DNA of 64,000 bases from Methanobacteriota archaeon (GCA_020697715.1 JAEHCO010000001.1:192001-256000), one strand, 5' to 3'. Counted from the stretch's first letter, positions 39,011 through 49,471 are shown. The notes: generated from the letters alone by a model not told the origin. Program-made: numbers and translations.

Positions 39011-39988
39011 CTACCGCCAAACAACATCAACGTCATCTGTCCGGTATCTCTGATCCACCTTTGTCTCGCTGATGTCATGCGCAACTCCTGCTTTATTCAT
39101 CAACAGGCCGTTCCAGGCTATCATGGCCCCATTGTCCGAGCATAGAGGGCCAGGAGGAACGAACATCCTGGCATCTCTCTCACTGGCCATTATCGTGACC
39201 ATTTCCTGCAATCGCTTATTCTGGGCCACACCTCCACCCAGAAGTACTTCCGATGTGCCGAGATGTGCCATCGCCCTCTCGGTGACCTCGACCAGCATGG
39301 CGAAAGTCGTTTCTTGAAGACTATGTGAGATGTCTTCAATTTTGTGTTTTTCCTTCTTGGCCAGTGCGGCTGTCAGGATGCCGGAAAAAGCAATGTCCAT
39401 ACCCTTGACCGAATAGGGTAGGTCAAGGTATTGGTCTCCATCCCTGGCCATCTTCTCAATGGTCGGGCCTGCTGGGAATGGCATGTCCATCTCTCGCCCG
39501 AATTTATCCAACATGTTACCGATGCCAATGTCCAGTGTTTCTCCAAAAACACGGTATTTTCCATTGGCAAAAGCGATCACCTGGGTATTGCCTCCGGACA
39601 CGTACAGAAGAACTGGATCCTGGCAATCGAACATTCCACGACCTATTTCCAGGTGCGCGACGCAATGATTCACGCCCACTATTGGTTTTTTCAGGGTGAG
39701 GGATAATGCTCGTGCCATCGTGGCCCCGGTACGGAGACACGGGCCCAATCCAGGTCCCTGGGCGAAGGCCACTACATCGATCTCCTGCTTGGATATACCA
39801 GCTTTCTCCATGGCCAGCTTCAATACAGCTGGGCCTTTGTCCGCGTGGTGGTTGGCCGCTTCTCTTGGATGGATACCGCCCTGCTTCGGGCTGTACATGA
39901 TGGTCTCATTGGCGAGTATTCGGCATTGTTCATCCACAATACCAACCCCGAAGCTGTGGGCTGTGGATTCAATTCCCAAGCATATCAT
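39011..39988 (-). CDS. kae1: tRNA N6-adenosine threonylcarbamoyltransferase Kae1 (KEOPS)
   Basis: LGIESTAH, GGIHPREAA, GPGLGPCL, VNHCVAHLE, SGGNTQ, DNGAMIA. Confidence 0.95.
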   Translation of the reverse strand: MICLGIESTAHSFGVGIVDEQCRILANETIMYSPKQGGIHPREAANHHADKGPAVLKLAMEKAGISKQEIDVVAFAQGPGLGPCLRTGATMARALSLTLKKPIVGVNHCVAHLEIGRGMFDCQDPVLLYVSGGNTQVIAFANGKYRVFGETLDIGIGNMLDKFGREMDMPFPAGPTIEKMARDGDQYLDLPYSVKGMDIAFSGILTAALAKKEKHKIEDISHSLQETTFAMLVEVTERAMAHLGTSEVLLGGGVAQNKRLQEMVTIMASERDARMFVPPGPLCSDNGAMIAWNGLLMNKAGVAHDISETKVDQRYRTDDVDVVWR

Positions 39989-40104
39989 TGGACTTGGATA
40001 ACTCTAGTCGGTTAAAAAACTTCTTGATAGGATCTCTTGATAGTATCCGATGATAATCATTTACCAATCTTCGCTATGTCCAGCATCGCGTTCTGACAGA
40101 ATGC

Positions 40105-40356
40105 TTATTTTCCAATATTCGCGATATCCAGCATTCTGTTCTTTATATTGATCGCACCCTCAGTGGTGATATCATTGTGAACGAGGATCGGCATGTCCTT
40201 CTCTATAAGCTCGTAATAAGCTCCATGAGCCATTCCATCCACCGTGGTCATATCCATTATCTGGACATCCAGACCATCGGGTATCTTTCCCTTCAGATAG
40301 TCGCATTTCTGGCAACCTGGTTTCGTAAATAAAATTACATCCTCTGTCAAGTGCAT
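40105..40356 (-). CDS. Glutaredoxin/NrdH-like redoxin
   Basis: FTKPGCQKC and a cis-Pro-like MPIL motif; TTG start after GAGG. Confidence 0.7.
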   Translation of the reverse strand: MHLTEDVILFTKPGCQKCDYLKGKIPDGLDVQIMDMTTVDGMAHGAYYELIEKDMPILVHNDITTEGAINIKNRMLDIANIGK

Positions 40357-40438
40357 CCCTCTTCAGAAAGGGTATATTGAAAAGGGTTAAAAAGCTTTGG
40401 TTTTCCTTTCATTTTTCTTTCGTTTTTATGAGATTGTA

Positions 40439-41164
40439 TCACGTATTTGAAGGTACCAGAAATATGTCCGTCTCATCATCCATCATGATCTGCCAACTTC
40501 CAGTTCCCGAATAGTACTGGAAGGTGCCAGTGACTTCTATCTTCGAACCTGTGTCGTGATCGCCTATCATGTCATTGTCAAAGACCACACAGGCCAGTCG
40601 ATATGTTGTGTCATCATAGACATCTTGAAGTTCAAATCCCATGCCTTTCGTGCCATTGGCATCGGATATGATATACGGGTCTTCCATGGTTCCATTTGTA
40701 TGGATCAGCATGCCATCGAATATATCAGGAGAACGAAGTAATTGGGAGATGGGTATCGTGGTCTCTCCAGCAGCCTCGATGCTGAGAATATCATCGGATG
40801 AAGATACCACTAATTCGAAGACATCTTGATAGGTTTCTATGATCCCGGTGAACTGGAATACAGCTCCTGGAGTTGGCCCAGGTTCGTCATCCACATAGGC
40901 ATTATATGCATCAGATTGGACATAAACGACAATGCTGGCATTGGTCTCAGGATCCACGAGTTCGCATGACATGGAGCCGTCCTCCATCATGATCACGCTT
41001 TTTACAGTGCCGATGACCTTTGCGAGATAGCCCACGTCCTCATGCCCGATGTCCACGATGTTCATATCCTGAGGTTCGATGGTCGCTGTATAAAAATAGA
41101 GGCCGATTACCCCGGTGACAGATATAGCAATGGCGAATGCCAATAGCTTTCTATTATCCAGCAT
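40439..41164 (-). CDS. Membrane-anchored protein with two OB-fold-like domains
   Basis: N-terminal TM; V.GTV...G..FQFTGIIETYQ..FEL and G..IEVTG.FQYY...WQI OB patterns. Confidence 0.65.
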   Translation of the reverse strand: MLDNRKLLAFAIAISVTGVIGLYFYTATIEPQDMNIVDIGHEDVGYLAKVIGTVKSVIMMEDGSMSCELVDPETNASIVVYVQSDAYNAYVDDEPGPTPGAVFQFTGIIETYQDVFELVVSSSDDILSIEAAGETTIPISQLLRSPDIFDGMLIHTNGTMEDPYIISDANGTKGMGFELQDVYDDTTYRLACVVFDNDMIGDHDTGSKIEVTGTFQYYSGTGSWQIMMDDETDIFLVPSNT

Positions 41165-41168
41165 GGTA

Positions 41169-42362
41169 TCAACCCAATCCGCGAGATTTCAACAGACTTC
41201 GGACCTTATCGGCCAGCACGGTGGATGGAATATCGGGAAGTGATATCAGGGTCGTCTTTCCAACATGACCCTTACCGGATATCCTGAGGCTCAATAGTCC
41301 ATGACCATCCAGCTCCTTTAGATATTCCCAGAACCGGGTATGCGCCCGGGGAGTTTGCTCGAACTCCTCGGAGGCTATTGCATATGCTTTCTCGGCCTCA
41401 CTGGTCGTGATATAAGCCTTGGACCTTATGGCCATCGAAATGCCCAGCAATGCCAGTAATTTATGATCGGACAATGGGGTCATGATGGATTCGGTTATCA
41501 CGGAGTGTGTCATGGCCTTTGCAGATCTTATGTGATCTGGGGCGATCATTTCAGAATTTTCCTCACTGGCCATCATACCGGAATTCTCTAAAAGTTCTAT
41601 TCCAAATCGAGCATCACCCCATTCGGAAGAAATGTCCGCGATAAGCTCCACGGTCTCGTCCTCGATGGTTCCCGGATACAGGGCCAGTTCCACCCTGTCC
41701 CTGAGGATGTCCCATAATTGTTGCTTATCATAATTTTCGAATTGAATTGTATTGGTTCGCTTGAAAGTCGATAGTGTGGCCGGGTCAAGGAATTCGTAGA
41801 TCGGTCTCTGAGATATCAGAAGAAGTGATAATCGATGCTCCCCACCCATATTCTCCTCGTCGAACCTGGATAATGCATATAGAAGATCGGTGCCCGATCT
41901 CTTTATCAAGACATTGATCTCATCGAGAACGACGATGAGATTTACATTCTTCTTATCAATATGCTTTCTCAATATCTCCAGCATCTCCGTGGTGGAGAAG
42001 CCCCGATCCGGAAAGCCCTTGTCGAAATGATCGATAATCTTCAGAAGCACGCTGGCTGCCGTATTCCTCGCACGGCAGTTGACCACCACGAATTCCAGGC
42101 CCTTGTTCTTCTCATTGGCCCATTCCTTGAAATCGATGCAGAAACGTTTGGACAGAACGGACTTGCCAGTGCCCACATTACCTGTGAGAAAAGCACGCTG
42201 GCTCATATTCCCCTCTACTGTTTGTCGGAATATGGAGAACAGACGTTGCATCTCCTTGTCCCTGTGCACCAGTGACTGCGGTACGAATTCAAAGGATAGC
42301 TTGGCTGGATCCTTGATTATCTTCTGCTGATACTCGTCAAAGGGAGGCATCTCACTCAACAA
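41169..42362 (-). CDS. cdc6: Orc1/Cdc6 replication initiator
   Basis: LSFEFVP..LVHRD, GNVGTGKS, VNC, VLDE, GDAR, C-terminal wH. Confidence 0.92.
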   Translation of the reverse strand: MLSEMPPFDEYQQKIIKDPAKLSFEFVPQSLVHRDKEMQRLFSIFRQTVEGNMSQRAFLTGNVGTGKSVLSKRFCIDFKEWANEKNKGLEFVVVNCRARNTAASVLLKIIDHFDKGFPDRGFSTTEMLEILRKHIDKKNVNLIVVLDEINVLIKRSGTDLLYALSRFDEENMGGEHRLSLLLISQRPIYEFLDPATLSTFKRTNTIQFENYDKQQLWDILRDRVELALYPGTIEDETVELIADISSEWGDARFGIELLENSGMMASEENSEMIAPDHIRSAKAMTHSVITESIMTPLSDHKLLALLGISMAIRSKAYITTSEAEKAYAIASEEFEQTPRAHTRFWEYLKELDGHGLLSLRISGKGHVGKTTLISLPDIPSTVLADKVRSLLKSRGLG

Positions 42363-42474
42363 TATGATGCTTATATAAAGAATATTTCTTAATTAATAAA
42401 TAAATGAAAGGCTTAGATCCTATAATTTAATGCGAGATATTTATCGATCATAGATATGATAAATAATTGATAGC

Positions 42475-42714
42475 TCAATCATTAATGTTGAGGGCTATCA
42501 ATGTCTCGGTTGATTTGATCCCCTCAACAGCCCTCACATCATTCACCACTTGTGAGAGCATGGTGGCAACATTGTCGCCATTGATAGTCACAATAATATC
42601 ATAAGTTCCAGTGACAACATCGACATGACCAATTCCTTTCAAGGTCTTGACTATATCGACCACCTCCTCCAAATGGCCAGTTCCCACTTTAATTAGAACA
42701 TATATTGTTTCCAT
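42475..42714 (-). CDS. Stand-alone Lrp/AsnC ligand-binding (RAM) domain protein
   Basis: METIYVLIKV...VVTGTYDIIV...GIKSTETLI; start re-set to ATG 42714. Confidence 0.85.
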   Translation of the reverse strand: METIYVLIKVGTGHLEEVVDIVKTLKGIGHVDVVTGTYDIIVTINGDNVATMLSQVVNDVRAVEGIKSTETLIALNIND

Positions 42715-42745
42715 TATCTCACTCTCTGATAGTTTATGGAGATAA

Positions 42746-42916
42746 TCATTCCATGGAGATCGCGGTGCTTGGGCACTCGTCAACGCAGATCCCGCAATCG
42801 ATGCATGAATCGGCATCCACTTTTGCGACATCGTTCATGGAGATGGCCCCTTCTGGGCAAGCATCGACACAGATCCCGCAAGCGGTGCAATCTTCTGATT
42901 TTACAACAGCTGGCAT
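42746..42916 (-). CDS. 2[4Fe-4S] ferredoxin, 56 aa (not in ORF track)
   Basis: MPAVVKSEDCTACGICVDACPEGAISMNDVAKVDADSCIDCGICVDECPSTAISME; AGGAGG SD. Confidence 0.95.
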   Translation of the reverse strand: MPAVVKSEDCTACGICVDACPEGAISMNDVAKVDADSCIDCGICVDECPSTAISME

Positions 42917-43065
42917 ATTCATCCTCCTATACTTATTGAACCCTGATGTGATAAGGGGTTTAAATCCCTTTTGTTTGTATGTAAAGGGATCGCAGAAGGT
43001 TTTTTATAATGTAAATCAAATATCTTACATGAAGCGAATTCGATGTTCGTTTCGGAGGAGTAGAC

Positions 43066-43314
43066 GTGGGCACAATAGATAAGTATAGCTTAGACAGGAT
43101 GAAAGGAGCGAGGATCGAGATCTCTTTTGACTGTCCGCAATGCAAGAAACAGAGAATAAATATGGTTGCGGATGGTGATCTGGACTTCTGGGATGGAGTT
43201 AAGTGTCATAAATGTGGCGCTAAGATAATCCTAGACAGCTTCAGCCTTGCTGTGATCAAGGAGAATGGCAAACCGGTGGCCAGTAAATCGGATGATGCCA
43301 TGGCGATGACCTGA
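43066..43314 (+). CDS. Small zinc-ribbon protein
   Basis: CPQC...CHKCG; GTG start after GGAGG. Confidence 0.7.
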   Translation: MGTIDKYSLDRMKGARIEISFDCPQCKKQRINMVADGDLDFWDGVKCHKCGAKIILDSFSLAVIKENGKPVASKSDDAMAMT

Positions 43315-43432
43315 ATCTTGTTTCGAGCTGCATAGTGATCGATACGATAGTGTGAGGCATGGCCATCTGTTTTTATTGAGGACACAAAGTCTATCCGATA
43401 ATCATAAGTCAACGTAATCGATACCATCGGCC

Positions 43433-44458
43433 ATGAAGCTCTTGGTCGAATTATCTGGAGAACAGCCAGCCATGGCTTTGTCCGAGGCAATGGGCGCTTG
43501 TCATGTGACATCACCCGTAGAGGATGTGCTGGGTGATGAACGAGCCGCGCTGGTCGACCAGGACATTGGAATGGCGGTCATAGACACGACCACCAGCTCT
43601 GATGATCTTGCTTCTCGTCTGGCATTGTGCTGGAACATATCCGAGTATCTTTTCTCCTTCATGGATATGGACATTGACGAACTCTTCGGAGCATTGGATC
43701 TTGACGGGAGATCATTCGCCATAAGGGTGAAAAGGACACACGATCTGTGGATACCGGAGGACAGCCAGCATCTCATTGACAGGATAGGCCAAGTGCTTGG
43801 AAGAACTGGCCGTGTTGACCTCAAGGACCCGGATATCACGCTCAGGATCATCATGGGCAAGAGACTTCACGCGGGTTGGTTGCTTCATGAAATTGATCGC
43901 AAGAGCTTCGAGGACAGGAAGCCCAAGAATAGGCCTTTCTCACACCCGATAAGCCTTCATCCGAGGTATGCGAGAGCATTGGTGAACCTGGCGCGTGTAC
44001 GGGCTGGCGACAGGTTACTGGATCCCTTTTGTGGAACTGGCGGCATACTGATCGAGGGAGGACTGGTCGGTGCTGACATCATTGGTTCCGACATAGACCC
44101 AAGAATGATCGAGGGGTGCGAGATGAACCTCGAGCATTATCTGGGCAAGGACTCTGGATCACAACTTCACGAACTGGATGTGGCAGATATAGAAAAGTTT
44201 GGAAAGGTGGATGCGATCGTTACCGATCCACCATATGGGCGATCTGCCAGTACTGCGAAGGAAGACGTGGAAGAGCTTTACATAAGGGCCTTTGGGTCTT
44301 TTGTAAAAATATTGAAATCAGGAGGAAGGTTAGCTATCGTGTTCCCTGACATGGAATTTGTGAAGTTGGCGGAAGAATATGTGAACCTTCTGGAGGTGCA
44401 TGAGCTCTTCGTCCACCGCAGCCTGACAAGACATTTCTGTGTTTTTGAAAAGATATGA
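43433..44458 (+). CDS. trm11: tRNA (guanine-10-N2) methyltransferase Trm11/TrmG10 (THUMP + MTase)
   Basis: RPFSHPISLHPRYARALVNL, LDPFCGTGG, TDPPYG. Confidence 0.88.
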   Translation: MKLLVELSGEQPAMALSEAMGACHVTSPVEDVLGDERAALVDQDIGMAVIDTTTSSDDLASRLALCWNISEYLFSFMDMDIDELFGALDLDGRSFAIRVKRTHDLWIPEDSQHLIDRIGQVLGRTGRVDLKDPDITLRIIMGKRLHAGWLLHEIDRKSFEDRKPKNRPFSHPISLHPRYARALVNLARVRAGDRLLDPFCGTGGILIEGGLVGADIIGSDIDPRMIEGCEMNLEHYLGKDSGSQLHELDVADIEKFGKVDAIVTDPPYGRSASTAKEDVEELYIRAFGSFVKILKSGGRLAIVFPDMEFVKLAEEYVNLLEVHELFVHRSLTRHFCVFEKI

Positions 44459-44490
44459 TGAAGATTCCCAGATTTTAAAACATGGCGACA

Positions 44491-46059
44491 CTAGTTTCTT
44501 AATTCGAGGAATACCGTGAGCTCTTTCATGAACTCGTTCTCAAGGCCAGGTGCATTCTCCCTAGCATAGACACGGATGGTCACATTTCCGACCACATTCG
44601 GAGGTATGGTCATTCGTAATGTGATATTGACAGTATCCTGTAGATCCGGCTCGATATAGAACTCCGAATTAGCAGCTGGAGTATCATCTTCAAGCCACAA
44701 AGTTGCATTGGCCAGACTATAGTTCGTACTGGTGACTCCGATGGATACATTGGATTCCACATTTCCGGCAAAGGTCAGTATTATCAGCTCGGTTTCATTG
44801 ATCCAGTTAGTGGAGGAAGTGTACATGGTGATCGAATGGGAATCTGTGAGAGCATTGTCGGTCCCGACAAGATGAAGCTGTGTATCATATTGTATGGGCT
44901 CGACACTGAATGGTATCGGAACAAAACAAAGCACGAGTATGAGGGCGGCTGTAACACCTAATGCTTTTCTCTTGCCATCCAATTTTGTCACATCGTTCAA
45001 TGGTGGCGGATGCCTCAGACCCATCATCATTATGAGCATGGCGAAGATGATCCAGCCAGTGTACCACATTCCCATTACCAGCATCAATCCAAAGGCCGCG
45101 TAGCTGGCATATCTTGCTTTGTCCCCCAGGACGGCTCTGGCAATATGGCCACCGTCAAGCTGGCCAGCAGGAAGAAGATTGAGGGCGGTGACGAATATTC
45201 CCACCCAACCAGCGAAGGCCAGTGGATGGAGTACTATATCTTCTGGTATGAAAAGAAGATTCCTGATCATGATAAAGAAGGTTGACTCGCCTATCATCAA
45301 TGCCCCGCCACTAGTGGTGCCATAGCCAGCTGGTATCGTGATATCCGCTGATAGGATCAAACCTATTGCAGTTACTGGGATAGCCACGAGGAAACCAGCT
45401 ATAGGGCCGGATATGCCGATGTCCAGCAATGCTTTTTTATTCGGTATTGGTTCCCTGATGCTGATAAAGGCTCCCATAGTACCCAATGGTGGTATGAATA
45501 TCGGGGGCACTGGTATGAAAAAAGGAAGGGAAGCGGCCACACCATGTCTCTTGGCGGCCCAATAATGAGCCATTTCATGCACTCCCAGGATCAGCATCAA
45601 AGGTAGAGCAAAGAAGAAGGCCCCATTTGCAAGATTACTGAGACTGAAGATATCCATGTATGAATCGTATTCCATAGCATTGCTTGGGATCAGGAATATC
45701 CATAGAACCGCACCTGCCAAAATTGTGGTTATAATGGTCGCGATCAGCATGACGATATTGATGTTCTTTGACTTGAATTTCATGTCTGGCTGTTTAACAA
45801 CATGGATTATGTATTCCCCGCCCTTGTACTTCAAGATGGGGATGAAATTCTGGGATTTCATCTCAATACGGAGGGCTTCGAATCCGCCCTCCAGCTTATC
45901 TGCCGCGATATTGCAGGAAAGGGAAATGGTATTGAACTCCACACGTACTTCGTATATTGGAAAATACTTGCCAACTATGCCCTTGACAGTTTCAAGATCA
46001 TCCGAGAAGCTATCTGGCCGGGGTGGTGGAGGTATATTAGACCAACTGTCCATATACAT
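44491..46059 (-). CDS. Site-2 protease (M50) with C-terminal extracellular domain
   Basis: HEMAH, GTMGAFI, GPIAG, NLLPAGQLDGGH. Confidence 0.92.
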   Translation of the reverse strand: MYMDSWSNIPPPPRPDSFSDDLETVKGIVGKYFPIYEVRVEFNTISLSCNIAADKLEGGFEALRIEMKSQNFIPILKYKGGEYIIHVVKQPDMKFKSKNINIVMLIATIITTILAGAVLWIFLIPSNAMEYDSYMDIFSLSNLANGAFFFALPLMLILGVHEMAHYWAAKRHGVAASLPFFIPVPPIFIPPLGTMGAFISIREPIPNKKALLDIGISGPIAGFLVAIPVTAIGLILSADITIPAGYGTTSGGALMIGESTFFIMIRNLLFIPEDIVLHPLAFAGWVGIFVTALNLLPAGQLDGGHIARAVLGDKARYASYAAFGLMLVMGMWYTGWIIFAMLIMMMGLRHPPPLNDVTKLDGKRKALGVTAALILVLCFVPIPFSVEPIQYDTQLHLVGTDNALTDSHSITMYTSSTNWINETELIILTFAGNVESNVSIGVTSTNYSLANATLWLEDDTPAANSEFYIEPDLQDTVNITLRMTIPPNVVGNVTIRVYARENAPGLENEFMKELTVFLELRN

Positions 46060-46100
46060 TGATATAAAGTGGGTACTTAATAAGATTATGCAAGAATAGT

Positions 46101-48812
46101 CTATTCATCCTTGGCTGGCTTCTTCTTTTTGGATTCTTTTGCCAGTTCGATAGCACGCTCTCTCATCTCTTTGGCCTTTTCAGGGTCAGAACCAGGAACT
46201 GAGACCTGTGCGAAATCAGGTTTCCCGCCACCACCAGTCTTGAATTTCTGAGCAAGTGACTTGGCTATAGATCCACAATCGATCTCTCCTGATGAATCAG
46301 TTACATAAAGGACAGGTGGTCTTTCTTCAATGTTCAGGACCGCGAAGGAATCAGGATATTGAGATATCAACATTGAAGTGTTCTTTGCCATTGCGATCGA
46401 GCCAGGCACTGCAGTGGTGATGTAAAAGATACCATCCACTTCTTCTGCTTCTTCTCTGATCTTATCAACTAATTCTGTCGAATCCTTCTTCTCATCCTTC
46501 TTCCGAGCCCTGGATTTCTCCTTCCATTCCTTATGCATGGTCTCCACGGTCTCGGTGATCTTCTCATGGCTGACGCCCAATATCTCACTGGTGGTGGACA
46601 CCGTGTCATGATGGGTCTTCATCCACTCGTAAAGCGGACGGCCAGCAATGAATTCCAATCTTAGAACTCCATCCTGAATTCTACGGGTTCGCAGGAGCTT
46701 GATGAGGCCTATCTCAGTTGTTCGGGAGCAGTGAATTCCACCACAGGCCTCCACGTCAACACCCCTCACATCGATTATCCTCAGCTCGCGGCCAGGCACC
46801 GCCCCGCCCTGGTACAGCCTCATACCGTACTTCTTCTCGGCATCGGTCCTGTTCATGATATACGAATCAACAGGAATGTCCGCTATGACATAGGCATTGG
46901 CCTTTTCTTCTATCTCATGAAATTGATCAGGGGTGAGACTAGCATAATGAGTGATGTCTAATCTGGCCATATCCTCGCTCTTGTGGGCCCCGCTCTGCCA
47001 GATATGGTTTCCCAGAACTTCCCGGGCCGCGGCATTTATCAAATGCACCGCTGTGTGATGGCGCATGAGCTGTCTGCGACGTGGCCAGTTCAATTTTCCT
47101 GTAACTTCCATGCCTTCGGTGATCACATGGTCTTCATTGTCGATCGTATGGACCACCACATTTCCTATTGCCTGAACATCAGTAACCTTATATCCGCCCA
47201 GGGTGCCAGTGTCATTCTCCTGACCTCCCCCTTCGGCATAGAAATATGTCTTATCCAGAACAATATCCTTTCCAATGACCTTGATAACCTTGGCCTTGAA
47301 ATCATGAGTGTGGGAATCGGTGTAATATCCTAGCTCCGTGGGAGGGGCGTCTATTTTCCGAGTTTCATCAGCATCCTCTTTCTTCTCTGGAGCCTCATGC
47401 CTTCTGGCAACAGCCTGGTAGAAATCATCAGGTATGTCAAAATCAACACTGGCAAATTCCTGAACAACCTCTGGATTCAGTCCATGGGAGTCGTAAAGGT
47501 CCACCAATTGCTCTGTGCCAAAGGTCTTGTTCTCCGCCTTCATCTTCTCCTCCAGCCTGGTGATGAGGGAATGACCCTTTTTCAAAGTCTCCTCATACTT
47601 CCTGGATTCGACCTCGACCAGTTCCATGATATCGGAGCTATTTTCTTTGAATTCGGGGAATTCGTCCTTGAAATAATCGATATGACTGGCCACCATCTCC
47701 ACAAGAGGAAGTTCCACACCCAATGCGCTCATTGCCCTTGTCGCTCTACGTACCAGCAAGCGGGCGAAATACCCAGCCTTGACATTGGAGGGCATGATGC
47801 CATCATTCAGCATGAATGTGAGCGCCCTTGTGTGATCGCAAACAACGTAAATATTCTCCATTGGCTTTGTCTCGGTCTCCAGCTCTTCCACAGACAGTTC
47901 CATTCTCTTCGCCACTTGCTGTCTGAGTTCCCTTAGGCTTCCAGGATTGTCTATATTAAGTATGCCCGAGACCTTGGAGAACTCGCCCATGATCTTTTGA
48001 TCTGGCTTCACCCCTGAAAGGTTCTTCAATTTCTCCAATGGAGGACCGAAGACAGCCTCATAAGCACTGGATGTGCCCTGTGATATCCAGGATAATCTTT
48101 CAAGACCATAGCCTGTATCCACGACCTGCATGTCCAGCTTGGTCTTCGTACCTCCAGACTCAGCATACATCATGAAAACAAGAGTGGCCAATTCCACCCC
48201 ATCGACCATGACCTCCAGGCAAGGACCGGAGTTGCCACCGCCCTTCCAATCCGCCTCGATGTATGTTAGGCGATCATCAGGGATGCCGAAATCATTCCTG
48301 TAAAGAAGATCACAAAGCTCGACAGTTCGATCTTTGAAATAAATGAATTTATCCTGTTTATTGAAAACATGGTGAGCCATCATCTCGAACATGGTGAAAT
48401 GACTGCCAGTCCTTCCCACATTATCTATGTCATTGAACCTCACGCATGTCTGGGATAGAGTTAATGGATTTGCTGGTGGCTCCACAACGCCGCTTATCAC
48501 CCACGGCTGAAAGCCATAGATCGAGGCCTGTGTGAAGAATACGTCATCTCTCCATCTGGCAGTTATCGGGTATCTCTTTATCCGCGTGTGATCGTGCCTC
48601 TCGAAGAAGCTCAGATACTTCTCCCTTGTCTCGTGAAGTGAATATTTCTCCTTTGTTGGAGAATTACCTATGAAAGAGTACTCTATGCACGGAGATTCGC
48701 CACAAAGGTCCCTCTCTGTCCTGGCCCAGAAAAAGCGGCCACACTTGCCGCATTGCTGCCTGAGAAAGTCTTCTGTCTTGAAGAAATCCAGTTCGTACTC
48801 ACTCGCGGTCAT
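46101..48812 (-). CDS. alaS: Alanine--tRNA ligase (archaeal type)
   Basis: ARWRDDVFFTQASI, FEMMAHH, DTGYGLER, editing motifs HHTAVH/ACGGIH, GGGKPDFAQ. Confidence 0.97.
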   Translation of the reverse strand: MTASEYELDFFKTEDFLRQQCGKCGRFFWARTERDLCGESPCIEYSFIGNSPTKEKYSLHETREKYLSFFERHDHTRIKRYPITARWRDDVFFTQASIYGFQPWVISGVVEPPANPLTLSQTCVRFNDIDNVGRTGSHFTMFEMMAHHVFNKQDKFIYFKDRTVELCDLLYRNDFGIPDDRLTYIEADWKGGGNSGPCLEVMVDGVELATLVFMMYAESGGTKTKLDMQVVDTGYGLERLSWISQGTSSAYEAVFGPPLEKLKNLSGVKPDQKIMGEFSKVSGILNIDNPGSLRELRQQVAKRMELSVEELETETKPMENIYVVCDHTRALTFMLNDGIMPSNVKAGYFARLLVRRATRAMSALGVELPLVEMVASHIDYFKDEFPEFKENSSDIMELVEVESRKYEETLKKGHSLITRLEEKMKAENKTFGTEQLVDLYDSHGLNPEVVQEFASVDFDIPDDFYQAVARRHEAPEKKEDADETRKIDAPPTELGYYTDSHTHDFKAKVIKVIGKDIVLDKTYFYAEGGGQENDTGTLGGYKVTDVQAIGNVVVHTIDNEDHVITEGMEVTGKLNWPRRRQLMRHHTAVHLINAAAREVLGNHIWQSGAHKSEDMARLDITHYASLTPDQFHEIEEKANAYVIADIPVDSYIMNRTDAEKKYGMRLYQGGAVPGRELRIIDVRGVDVEACGGIHCSRTTEIGLIKLLRTRRIQDGVLRLEFIAGRPLYEWMKTHHDTVSTTSEILGVSHEKITETVETMHKEWKEKSRARKKDEKKDSTELVDKIREEAEEVDGIFYITTAVPGSIAMAKNTSMLISQYPDSFAVLNIEERPPVLYVTDSSGEIDCGSIAKSLAQKFKTGGGGKPDFAQVSVPGSDPEKAKEMRERAIELAKESKKKKPAKDE

Positions 48813-49045
48813 TGATTGGGGAAATAACCAACCGTTAATAAAGTTAATTAGTAAGTTATAGTGATTTAATTATACATTGATTATTACTTTTAGGCGGTTA
48901 TATGGTGCACGAACCACAGAATGGAAAATAATGAGATATTGGTTAATGCGCCACATGCCCTTTCTGCATTTTTTATGTGGGTATGTGGTGCATTCCCCGG
49001 TTATAACCAAATTCGATTTATATATGATAATAAACAATTGTCTTA

Positions 49046-49252
49046 GTGGGCAGGATGAGGGCTCCCCAAGATAAAGCTTGGGAGATGAGCCCTTATTGAA
49101 TACATCCCACACGTGGGGATTATTCAATAATAGGCAAGAGTATGAGGAGGCAGGAAGACCTGACGGGCAAAAGATGTCAGGTCCAATGAATTCAACCCAA
49201 GCATGGGATGGATCAATATAGGGTAGCCTATTGGACCACCAGGAGGATACGA
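49046..49252 (+). promoter_or_regulatory. Structured 5' leader, candidate cis-regulatory RNA
   Basis: TATA at 49017-49025; hairpins at 49056-49095, 49093-49130 and 49157-49183; alternative stem 49180-49187/49230-49237 before the SD. Confidence 0.45.
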
Positions 49253-49471
49253 ATGAAGAAAGAAAAGGGATACGAATACGAGCTATACATCACCAACCTC
49301 GACCCAGAAAGGAAGAGGACGAAGAGCATAGGGCTTAGTTCCAACGTTAGCTTTTCATCGGATACTGGTATGGAGTTCTGCAATTTGGGATTCTGCAATA
49401 TCCGGTTCAAGGGAACATTCAAAACCGAGGTGGTCCGCTTGCCCACACACAAAAATGTCATGCTTGCTTAA
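49253..49471 (+). CDS. Small hypothetical protein (72 aa)
   Basis: AGGAGG at 49241-49246, ATG at 49253; no recognised family. Confidence 0.45.
   Translation: MKKEKGYEYELYITNLDPERKRTKSIGLSSNVSFSSDTGMEFCNLGFCNIRFKGTFKTEVVRLPTHKNVMLA

Noticed and set aside
42363-42474. AT-rich gap upstream of cdc6 as a replication origin
   Set aside because: Only about 110 bp, with no recognisable ORB (TTCCAGTGGAAAC / G-string) repeats; explained as promoter plus terminator
42475-42831. 118-aa ORF-track version of the Lrp/AsnC gene
   Set aside because: The N-terminal extension overlaps the real ferredoxin gene in another frame; start re-assigned to 42714
49046-49446. RNase P RNA or c-di-GMP riboswitch
   Set aside because: Lacks the GAGGAAAGUCC / AACAGAA..GGCUUA RNase P signatures; GGGCAAA is not followed by the GEMM architecture
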